From Lama glama (Eukaryota), in the NCBI GenBank assembly GCA_028534125.1, contig CM052817.1:68698001-68762000 (forward strand): a stretch of 64,000 nucleotides of DNA. Reading direction: 5' to 3'. The position numbers were made by a program, and so were the translations under genes. Below the pieces are notes generated by a model. It did not search any database. It saw nothing but the letters and a program-made list of their open reading frames with translations, and was not told the DNA's origin. Positions 53,089 to 64,000 of the stretch are shown here, piece after piece. Position 1 is the stretch's first letter, and the number at the start of each line of letters is the position of its first letter.

Positions 53089-54104
53089 GTGAAGTATCAT
53101 GAAAATGTGTTTATTAACATTTATGTCAGCATGTAGCTATTACAGAAGATTTGAAAGTTTATTCAAGTAAGCCCAAATATAGCTAATTAATCAATAATTT
53201 CAAAACACATTCTTGAGTGATTATTGTGTGCTGGATACATCATTTATTTTCCAGAAATCAGAGGTTTGATAAAATAATTATAAGGCAATTTAAGCTCTAC
53301 AGGATTTATTGGTGTACTTCTTTAAATCTCACAGGTGTTGTGTAACTCAAGAGATGCTCAAAGACACGAAAGTAAAACCTTTTCAGACTCTGAACACACC
53401 TCGCCTCCAGATCCTTGTTATAAAATCAGAAGGCCCAATTGCCTTGTTTCTCTTCTTTATTAGCACCTAAAAGAAATTATAATCACTCAAATAAGTGGTT
53501 ATTGAATGAATACCTTTATGTGAATGCCAAATAATTAGAAACTAAATAAAATATTAAGAACTGGGTTAAAAAATCAAGAAAGTCTTTGACAGTAGATCAC
53601 TTCTTTACAAAACAAAAAATGACCTACTTTAGTGGGTCATTGTGGGAATTAAGATAGATAATCTATACAAATGTGTTCCATAAATTGTCTCAACATGGTA
53701 GATACGTAATAAATATTAATTGAATTTGAATTTGTCTTTATAATAAGGCAGATTTTAAATATAATTCTCTTCCAGCCTGCTCCCCATTCCAAAGTATTTA
53801 TTTTTGTGTGTCTTTATAAATATGACAGTGAAGGGAAATTAAAGACAATAACAGGCAGTAAAGAATGGGTTAGATTTCCTGTTTGTGCTTACACATAGTT
53901 TACAGTGGCCTTCTAGGATAAAATATAGTGATAAAAGTTGCTTTAAGTGGTATAAATATTTAAAAACAATGAATCTGAGTTTAATATCTGCTCCACTACT
54001 AACTAGCTATATGAAATGGATAAGTTTTGTGTCTTTCTTCAGACTAGTTTCCTCTTCTATAAAATGCAATCAATAAAACACTACGGGGCTAGTGATATAA
54101 TGCC

Positions 54105-54430
54105 GTTGACTTGAAACAAATACTGCCAGATACTTCTCTAGCAAAGATGGGTTTATTCTGGATTAGCAGAGAGTTGCAATTTGGGGTCTATAACCATGGC
54201 AAACCACGAGCAAGTCACTGCACAGCCAAGGAAGGACAATGCTTTTATAGAGGGAAAGGCAGTTGGGAGGACTAGAGTAAACAAATAGTTCTTGGGTTTT
54301 CATTGGCTGAGTTTTTGCCAGGAACAATAAGTCTTTCTTCTTCCTGTTGTAGAATGCAGGGTGTGAGAACTCTCCCTTCTGGCCTTCTGATTCTATTTAA
54401 TTGAAGTTTCTGTTTATTAATTTTTTACTG
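54105..54430 (-). mobile_element. ERV-type solo LTR, family not identified
   Basis: On the minus strand, CCAAT, TATAAAA (~54244-54250) and AATAAA (~54153-54158) occur in LTR order; the element interrupts a MIR-like sequence. Confidence 0.6.
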
Positions 54431-54439
54431 TGCATATAA

Positions 54440-55130
54440 ATTAAATGAAATACTATGTGCAAAATAACTAATGTAGTGCTTGACACATAAAAAGTATTCA
54501 CGGAATGTTCAACATGTCCAAATGGAAATGATTCTATTTGTGTTAACCCTGTCCTCCTCTTGTGTTCTCTAGCACTCTTCAGTAGAAATCTGGAAGTCAT
54601 GAATAATTTTTCCCTTTATCTCAACCTAACTCATCCAACAGCTGAAGAAGTATTACTGATTTTTCCCTTTAAACATCTGTCCAATGCCTCCATCCCTCTT
54701 CTCTGGCCCCATTGTACTGTCTTACTTCAGGCTCTTCCAATTGACTGCTTAGACATAGTGAGATAATTTCTAAAATAATGTCTCTGCCTTCCTTGAGTCT
54801 TCCAGTTTATTCTTCACATGGTTGCTAGAAAGACCTTTCCAGAGTCGAATATGATCATGTGTGAAAGTCTTCACAAGCTCCACATTTCTATAAGGTAAAA
54901 TCAGCTCCTTACTCCTAGACCTTACCCTTCTCTCCACCCCGACTGTGCTCCACAGCTGTTAGTGCTTTAGACAAAGCTTACTTCTTTCCCAATGTCATGG
55001 TGTTCCTTCTCCATGTGTCTACTTATGCTATTATCTCTATCTGGAATGCCCTCTGTCCCCCAACTCCCAATTCATTTGAAATTTTGTTTGGCTAACAAAT
55101 ACCCATTCATCTTTCAAGACTCAGACAGTA
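54440..55130 (+). mobile_element. L2 fragment
   Basis: gaaatctggaagtcat...tatctctatctggaatgccct...ttcatctttcaagactcag. Confidence 0.65.
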
Positions 55131-55134
55131 TTTA

Positions 55135-56955
55135 TTGTACTAGGATAAACATATAAAATATGGAATAGAATTGAGAATTCAGAAATAAATCCTTACATTT
55201 ATGGTAAATGATTTTCAACAAAGTGCCAAGACAAGTCAAAGGGGAAAGAATAGCATTTTCAACAAATGGTGCTGGGGACAACTGGATATCCACATGCAGA
55301 AAGTGAAAATAGACTGCTACCTTACACCGCATGCAAAAATTAACTCAGTGGATCATAGACAAAATAAAATAACAAAATAAAACAATATAACTCTTAGAAG
55401 AAAACACAAGAGTAGATATTTATGACTTTGGCTTGGGCAATTTTTTTTTAGATATGACATCAAAGCACAAGTGACAAGGAAAAAATACATACATTGAACA
55501 TTAACAAAATTCAGAACTTTTGTGGTTTTACAGAACATCATCAAGAAAATGAAGACAACCCATAGAATGGGAGAAAACATTTGCAACTCATATCTCTGAA
55601 ATGGGACTTTAATCCTAAATGTATTTTTTAAAAGACTCTTAAAACTCAATAATAAAAGGACAACCCAATTGAACAATGGGCAAAGAATGTGAGTAGAAAT
55701 TTCTCCGAAGAAGATATACAAATGCCAATAAACACATGAAAAGATGCTTGACATAATTAGTCATTAGGAAAATGTAAACCAAATCCAAAAAAGAGACACC
55801 ACTTCACACCTAGCAAAATTACTAAAATAGAAAGATAGACAACAACAAGTGTTTTAAGGATGTGGAAAATTGGACCCCTCTTACATTGCTGGTCATGCAG
55901 CCACTTTGGCAGTTCTTCAAAATGTTAAACAAATAGAATTATCATATAACCCAGAAATTCCATTTGTCCGGAGTTTAGCTAAGTTAATCTATGGTATTGC
56001 TGCCTTAGCATCCACTTTGTTTGGCCAAGTGGTCTAGAGGGGACTTAAACTGACACTGGCCCCTCATGGAAGTACACGCCCTTGATAAGAACCCACAGAG
56101 TCACAGGCAAGTTCCTGCTTTGACTCCTTCAATAGTCCTTGTGTCTCCCCTGCCTCCTAGCACCTTCCCTTTGTGCATCCTGAGATAAGACCCTTGGGGG
56201 ACTTGCCAAAACCCCACTCTCTTAGTTTGGATTGGCCAGTCTGGCCTTAGCTAAGCACCCCAAAACATTCTACCCACAGATCTCTATAAAAGCATGTGCC
56301 CCAGATCCTATCTCTCTCTGTCTGTGCTCTGCCTTGACCTTTCTGTGTGGCCCTTGGAGGTGCTCTGCATACTTTTTGAGGTCCTGTGATTAACAGATCT
56401 CGCTTTCATTTTCTCTTGCATTTGTTGAACTGTAACGTATCATTCGACATCCAGTGTTCCATTTAAGAAATGTTAATTTGATAAGTTCATAACACCACCT
56501 CTAGATACATACTCAAGAGGAATGAAAACATATGTCCACATAAAAGCTCTTACATAGCTGTTTATAGTAACATTATTCAGACTAGCCAAAAGGTATAAAT
56601 AACCCAAATGTCCATCAACTAATTAATGGATAGATAAAATGTGGTGTATTCATAGAATGGAATATACTGTTTGGCAATAAAACACATGACGTACTAGTAC
56701 ATGCTACAGCATGGATGAGCCTTTAAAACATCATGCTAAGTGAGAGAAGCCACATGTTGTATGATTCCCTTTACATGACATGTCCAGGATAAGCCAATCC
56801 TCAGAGACAGAAAGTAGATTAGTAGTTTCCAGGAGGATAGTGAGTGGGAAAGAGGGGAATGACTATTAATAGGTATAGAGTTTCTTTGGGCATGATGAAA
56901 ATATTCTAAAATTAGATGGTGGTGATAGTTGCACCACTCCATGAATATACTAAGC
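55135..56955 (+). mobile_element. L1MB/MA-type ORF2 3' part and 3' UTR, interrupted by a solo LTR
   Basis: ttcaacaaatggtgctggggacaactggatatccacatgca...aatgtccatcaact...gaaaatattctaaaattagatggtggtgatagttgc. Confidence 0.88.
55965..56494 (+). mobile_element. Solo LTR (probably ERVL class) nested in L1
   Basis: TGT...ACA termini, degenerate 5-bp flanks ccatt/ccacc, TATAAAA at 56285; L1 sequence resumes in register. Confidence 0.75.
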
Positions 56956-57704
56956 TGGTGTTTGTAAGAAACAATTCCTCAGGCTTCTTATTTTCTTTCC
57001 TTATTTGCTTGTTTATTTATTTTAAGTTGCATTCAGGATGATAGAGTGATGCCAGAAGCTGAGTACACAACTCATTGTTCAGCCGCTCAGAACACATGCT
57101 CTAGTTCTTAGCTGCTGCAGGATGCCAGAGATAATCCTTAAAATGTGGACTCTTGTCTATTACTTTAAACAACTCACTGTCTAGTTTGGGACTTTCATGT
57201 TCCTGGAGTGATTAGAAACAAAGATGTCTGAGGAAAGGGAGAGGAACAGGCTTCTTAGAAGACTTTTTTGAGAAGGATTTTGAGATCACTTTAGAGCTGA
57301 GTGAGGACAAGTGCCTTTGTCAGTTACTGATGTTTGCAGTGGCTGTGGCGAAGAGAGGGCAGAGGTCCTTGAGCCATTTCTTGATTTTCCATTTTAAGAG
57401 GTAGTCCTTAGTCTTCTGCATAAAATTGCCACCTTTGGAATCTTATTCTGATTACAGATTCTTATTTAGTAATTCACAGAAGACTTGGAGTGGAGGGGCT
57501 GGGAAAGGGATTTGCATTTATTTTAAGCATTTTTTATGTGCCGGGCATTGTTAAGACACTCCAGGCTAATCCTTACAATAACCCCTTGGAGTAGATGTTA
57601 TTGTACAAAAGTTTAGCGTTCTTGTAACTTGGCCTCAGTTTAATTAGTACATTTGTATTTGTGTCCTCGGTTTCCTTGCAGAATCCCAGGTACTTTCTAC
57701 TTAA

Positions 57705-58750
57705 TAAGGTCAGAATGGCAGCAAGAAACAGATGACATACACAAACTGGGTAACTGTAGAGAATTAATAAGATGACAATTTATAAAAGTACAGGCATTAA
57801 TAAGAGAAACCAACAAAGATGGGATATTCCTCTGGGGTTAGAGTGAGTGTGGAGCTATTTCCCAGTGGGGTTAAGGAAAAATTGGTCTTTAGAACCTAGA
57901 GAAAGTAGAGGTCACCTGACAGGAACTGTGTGGCCTCCAGCAGAAGGATGAAGAAAATGCCAACCCACAGGGAATAGAGGAGAAAATCATTGCCCATCCT
58001 CACTCTCTTTCTACCATCTTCTCTCTTGCCGGTGACTCCCATTGGCTGAGGGAGTCCATTTAGGAAGTTTCTCAAAGGAATCCATTGAGAAAACCCATAA
58101 AGGTCAGCCTTTTGGCAAACAGAAGGATAGAGTGGAAGGGTCAGAAGATCTAGAGGGCAAACAGACTGCATGGCACAATCCCCCTTTATTCGCAGGATTA
58201 ATAGTGTCAGGTGGTGGCACTAAGTGTTTTCTTTGGCCTCTCATACTGGTGAAATAACTGACTCACAAAGCCTAATGTGGTTTATTTTTTTAAAGATGCA
58301 GATAAGAGAAAACTGAACAGTGGCATAAGCATAGAAGACATTTAAATATCTTATATATGAAGAAGTCTGAATGTCAGCAGTCCAGGGCTGATTCAGCAGC
58401 TCAGTGATGTCATAAAGGACGTCATCCCCATTTCCATCTTTTCTCTCTGCAGTTCCCACTGCGTTGATTCTTTCTATTTATGACTTATTATTGTTGGCAT
58501 ATAATGTGTTCACCATAGCCCAGGTCACAGAAATATATGTATAGAAAGTCAGGAGCAAAAAAGGCAAAAGGTTTCTCTTTATAAAGCTTTGTCTTCTTAT
58601 GTATGAAGCAAAATCCTGTCCAGGACCCTCAGGAAGACTTATCCTTACATCTTTTTGGTCAAAATTAGGTCGTGTACACACCCTACTGCAGTGGTATTTG
58701 AGAAAACAAGTATATGACAAAGGGGAATTGGAGCCTTTATTATCAGCCTT
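57705..58750. mobile_element. Two adjacent ancient LTR relics (ERVL-like about 57705-58175; old MLT1-like about 58230-58750)
   Basis: cagcaagaaacagatgacatacac... and ggctgattcagcagctcagtgatgtcat... resemble old LTR consensus; families uncertain. Confidence 0.55.
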
Positions 58751-61417
58751 GGCCCTCAGCAACTCAAGGATAATGGGAAAAAAAAAAAAACTGCTCATGA
58801 TTCTCTCACACATTTCATAAACACAAAATCTGAGGTTCCGAGATGTGAAGCAGCAACTTATCCAGAGTCACGTGGCTAGTAAGTGAAAGAACTAGTTTGA
58901 ATATTCTGTCTGACTCAAAAGCCTGTGTCTGAACCACAGTATTATATTTGCATTCCAAGGAGATGAATTCTCTCCGTGAGAATGTAAAGAAAATAGAGCA
59001 GAGGACTGAGGACTATGTTGTATCCCATACATACTCAGTAGTCCTCTTCACTCTAGCCTGCTCCATTGGCTAATTTCTTTTCACCGGAATTCCTTTTAAA
59101 AGTGTTGTCATTCATTCTCCAAAACAAAAAAATCCAAGAGTGGGAAGTTTCCATTTTCCAACAGAAGAAGCTTAGACATTGAGTAATGCTGAGACTGGTA
59201 ACACAAAATAGAAGTCACAGTGCCCTGGGAGAAAGGGACTTCCTAAAACTTCCCCGAAGCTAGGTCCTATAGAGCCCCTTATTAGTTCTAATGCATTGCC
59301 TCCAGGCATTCTACTTATATCTATCAATTTTATCTTTCTTCAGAAACCAACTTTTCTCTAAAATCAGTGAGGATTCTAGTATCTAAAATCATTTAGCTAT
59401 TTTCTCTAACTTTAGAAAGTATAGTACTTCTTTCTCTTGAGAAAAAAATATCATTTCATCTGCTTCTAAACGTACCCACATGTTTTTCTGGAAACTATGT
59501 TTTGTATGTCCTAATTGGAAGAACTCATAAAGAAGAAAAGAAGAAACGAAGCTATAAGAGTGACTGATTACAGTCAACTTCTCATAATTTGTAATGTCTT
59601 AATTTTTAATCCCTCTGTAGAAGAAAACAGTACTTTCTGTTTCAAATTTGGATAATTGAATAGTGACTTAATGTGCAAATTGACAGTGCTTGTCAGAAAA
59701 TTTCCCATTATTAAAGTAATATAATCTTTTTGCAAACTCTGCTAATCATGCTAGCTTTTTCTAATTTCCCTAGAAATAGGTGAGAAAGCTTTTGCTACCC
59801 ATCTCCCTATTGTTGGTTTTAAGTAAGGTAAGTCTTCATTATGGCAGTAGTTCTAAGAGGATTTTTTTTAAACCTTTGTATGGTGCCCTAAAATCACTTG
59901 CATCATGATTAATGTTTGTGTATCGTGGTCATTCCTGCTATTTTAGTTACAGCACTACTTAATAACTAGTATTCTAAACCTTGTTCTTCAATTAGTTATT
60001 CAAAGCCAAAATGTTCATTTTCTTCAATTTTATAGAGTAATAGATTCCAGAAGTCCTTGATTCTAACCCTGGTGTTCGTATCAATATGCTCTGTAAACTA
60101 AGGCAAATCAGCTGACTTTTCTGGATTGGACTTTCCTTAACAGGGAACTCGAGAAAGATGGACTAGATATGTCGAAGGTTATTTCAAGCTTTCAAATCAC
60201 AATTCCGATGTTATAGAAAGAGAGTGATTATCCAAATTCAGGCTCAGAAATTATCAGAGTTTGGCTTGTTTTTAAATTGCAGTGTCTGAGATTAATAAGC
60301 ATGTATGTAAAGTAGGTATGTGAAGGAATCCTGAGTCCTGCAAGGATGTCACTTGGCAATCCACCGAGTTTAAATTGATACCAATCCCTATTAAATAGGA
60401 GGGGAAAAGAAGATATCTTTCACCATATTGAAAAATTATGGAGGAATAAGGGCCTTTAAACTATTTCTTGAGTTTTTCTCCCCCTCCTCCATTTGGTCTC
60501 CTCCTTCCTGCCCATCTCTCATTAGCATCGGCACCATACTGATGTAGGAGAGCTGTCAGCTGCTGGGAGTTAGTGACAGGGCTGGGGTTTTGCAAATGAC
60601 TTCACCTTGTTTTGAATTTCTGTTTTTCATCTACTTTTGGCAAACATTGCTGCGTTTTTAATAAGTCAATCTACTTGTAATATAATTGATGAGCATTCCA
60701 TTCTTTTTCCTGTGCTATACTGACTGTTTTATACTGAGGAACAAGGAAACCTGGCTTCCTCCCCCTAAGGTCCCAGTGGCTCCTGCTGCCATTAAAAACT
60801 CTGTAACTAACTTTCTCCTTTATCGCACTTAGGCAGCATAAACCTTTTCCTGTGGCCCCGTTCTCTGGTTTGCAAAAATCTCTCTCTCCCTTTCTCTTTT
60901 CGCCCCGCTATTTCTGGTCTTTGCTATAGAATCAAAGATGTATGTAGGCCATGGAGCCCTTACCAGCTCTCTTCTAAAGGACAAATTGTACAGGGTCCAG
61001 CAGGGGCCAAGGTAGTCAGCCCTTGCATTTGAGAGTCTTCCCAGCCCCTCTGCTCCTTACCCTAGTTAGGAGAGAGAACCAGTTTCAGTCATTATCTCAG
61101 GGATTCTCACCGTTTGTTTTGTGACCTTTAACTCCCACATTACTTTCTCTTCCTTTGCTTTAAAGATTTTTAAGTTGGTTAGTGTAACTGGTTGTCTGTG
61201 GGTGCTTGGAGTATTGTCTGATAAACGAATCTGGGTTTTGCAGGGAAGAATGCTGTAATCTCTTTAAATTAGCTGTGAGAAGGGAGGGTTATGGAACCTT
61301 AAATCAAGAACTTTATGCTCAGATAGAATTGGTCCCATCTTTGTATAATAACTGTTAACTTTAAGAATTCTGTCATGCCATATGTCATTGCTAAAGGGTT
61401 CTGAGACCTAATGCCAT

Positions 61418-62183
61418 TGTTGGGCTGAGGAGGGTCCCCACAGCACCAAGCAAGTCTCTGGCACCAGCTGGGTATCCTACAATTTAACTCAATTCTGACG
61501 CTGTCTACTTGGAAATAGTGTCAGATCTGATAGATTAAGGGCTCGGTCCTACAAGACTGTTCCCTCTCTTCAGACACTAATCTTGGGCTTCTGACCAGCT
61601 GGTATAGATCTGAGGTTCCATACTACTTCCTTTTTGGATTTGATTAATTTGCTAGAACAGCTCGCAAAACTCAGAGAAATATTCTACTTACTAGATCCTC
61701 AGTTTATTACAAAAGGATGTAACTCAGGAACAGCCAGATGGAAGAAGTGTATAGGGTGAGACATGGGAAAAGGGTGTTGAACTTTTATGGCCTCTCCAAG
61801 CATGCCATTCTCCTCAAATCTCCACATGTTCACCAACCTGGAATCTCAGAAACCTGTCCTTTTAGATTTTTATGGAGGCTTCACTACGTAGTCATGACTG
61901 ATTAAGTCATCGGTCATTGGTGAGTGATTCTTCCACTAGTGTCTCTCTCCTTCCTGTAGTTCAGGGGATGGGACTTAATGTTCCAGCTCTCTAATCACTT
62001 GGTTGATTCCAGTGGCAACCATCCCTCGTCTTTAGGTGGGGTCCACAATTCACCTCATTAACATAACAAAGATTACTCTTATCTCTCTCATTACTTAGGA
62101 AATTCCAAGAGTTTTGTGAGCTCTGCACCAGAAACAGGACAAAGACCAAATGTATATTTCTTATTATAAATCACAATATAGCA
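61418..62183 (-). mobile_element. MER21-like solo LTR
   Basis: Reverse complement begins tgctatattgtgatttataataagaaatatacatttggtctt, matching the recalled MER21 5' end. Confidence 0.85.
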
Positions 62184-64000
62184 ATTATACTTACTTTTTA
62201 GAAAGTCTTCTTGCATTCCCTCCCTGTGGCCCCCACACTAACTAAACTTGAAGTTTTAAGGACAATGACCATGTATTTTTCATATTTGTATTTTCCTTGG
62301 GGCCTGCCTAATTTGTCCTGGTGGATAGTAAGTGCTAATAAAGTTACACACATGTGGAAAATGAGATTGATTTTTTTTTTCTCTTTATCTAGTCTTCTTT
62401 CCCCTCATCTCCCACATCTGGTTCACGTGCTATTTCACCTTTTAATATCTCTCAAATCTGTCCATGCCTCTTCTTACAGCCTAAAAGCCTTCTGTTCTCT
62501 TCTCTGCCTGATAAAACCACTTATCCTTCGAGTAATCTCTACTGATAATAGTTTTCTTGCACCTTTTTGCCCTTATTCCAAGCCATGTTAAATTCCTCTC
62601 CTGTGTGCTTCTGTCAAACTCTGGGCATAGACTCCTCAAAGCACTTACTACTTTGTGCTACTACTGTTGGTTTTCCTGTCCAACTCTGTCTCAGATCCTG
62701 AGCTTCTTGAAGGCGGGAGAAATTAGCACTTGGCAAGATACTAGGCATTCCATAGTCTTTGAATGAATGAATAAAATGATTAAGAGGTGAAAGAGTGAAA
62801 AACTCAGATATTTTATTACCCAAAGTGTATCCAAGACTAAATTCTGTTACGTACTACATCATGGCCTTGACAGTTCATTAGATAATGTTTTAACTTAAAT
62901 AACAAAATGTTTCCCTAGAAAATGTACTGCCATAAGTTTGATTACTTCACATTTGAATTTCATTATCACTCTTGTCTTCACTGGGAAAGATCATTCCTTC
63001 TTTTCTCCAGAGAGCATACAATGAGTAACTTTATGCCGTTCTGATAAACTTACACAGTTTACAGGAATAAACTTCTAGTTAGAAATTCAAGAAGCCAAAC
63101 CAAAAATTTCGTAACCCACAGGGATAAAATTTCTCAGAGAGAATATGGTAAATTCCTGTATACTCATTAATTTTCTCGCTCCAAAGAAAACCATTTGCTC
63201 TAAGTGGTGATCATTTTCTGTAAAATCACTTGCATGGAAATGGAATGGAAAATACACATAAGAAAATCTGAGAAACACTCTCTCCTTTCTATATTTTAAT
63301 CACTGTCCCCATGAAAATTTTGCTTCACAAATGATTTTGAGTCTCTGATAGAAATCATTTAGTTGAGTGAAGTGAATATTTAAAGGCTGAAGAAATATAA
63401 AAACTATTTTCTGTGTGTGTTCTCACTTTCAGTTTTCTCTTTTGTAAAGCGAAATGAAACCAAATAAATATATATATATATATAGTTTGTTTATTTGTTT
63501 GTGTTTGTTGGAGTCTTTGCTGTGGTTCATAGGATGTTCTTATTTTTCTTTTTCCTGACTGGGCTCAGATTTGAAACAAACTGTACTTCCAAAGTTCAAG
63601 CAACACACACACACACACAATCACTTACATGTGCTTACATGTTTTTAGTTCCCCATTTTCTGTAAAGGAAGTAAAAATAATGAGTTTGCTAATTTGTATT
63701 TTGCATACTATAAAAATTTAGCTTTTAACCTCAAATATAATCTAATGTGAAGTTATTTTAAATGATTCTTTAGATCCCCTTTTACTGCACCCTCATATGA
63801 AAACTAACATAATACAGGCTTTATTGTGGTTTGAGTTTTATTCCTGCTTAAATTGAGAGGCTAATTAATCATATAGAAAGACTTTTGAAAAAATTGTTGC
63901 TGTTCAAAATCCTTGAGGAAAAATCTTTTTTCTTTAATTTTTATTATGGTTGAATACACATAAAATATACTATCTTAACCATTTTTATGTGTACTGTTCA

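Noticed and set aside
55132..55754. Hydrophobic minus-strand ORFs (66 and 133 aa)
   Set aside because: They are antisense readings of L1 ORF2.
62211..62823. ORFs of 126 and 69 aa
   Set aside because: They lie in L2-like low-information sequence with no protein family signal.

Overview
AT-rich mammalian genomic DNA, not prokaryotic. The repeat content suggests a camelid: there are young L1 3' ends and I recognise no Alu, B1, SINEC, Bov-A or PRE elements. The window holds two convergent protein-coding genes in the order known from the human TBCK-AIMP1-GIMD1 locus. AIMP1 (p43/pro-EMAP II, + strand) has six coding exons at 1082-23964 that splice into an intact 942-nt CDS (313 aa); its non-coding first exon lies upstream of the window. 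GIMD1 (GIMAP/AIG1-family P-loop GTPase, - strand) has two coding exons at 43714-34481 that give an intact 654-nt CDS (217 aa), with a likely non-coding first exon near 45 kb. The rest is intronic or intergenic DNA containing a near-full-length Tigger1, hAT MITEs, several L1 fragments (one 5'-inverted), solo LTRs, L2/MIR relics and microsatellites. Almost all other ORF-track entries are spurious or repeat-derived. I found no new multi-gene biological system. The items worth checking are modest: a nested or bistable palindrome and a second hairpin in AIMP1 introns, L1 insertions abutting AIMP1 acceptors, stop codons embedded in AATAAA in both genes, an E-box cluster in the GIMD1 intron, and candidate GIMD1 promoter and CTCF motifs. 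Repeat family names and human comparisons come from recalled sequences, not from a search.
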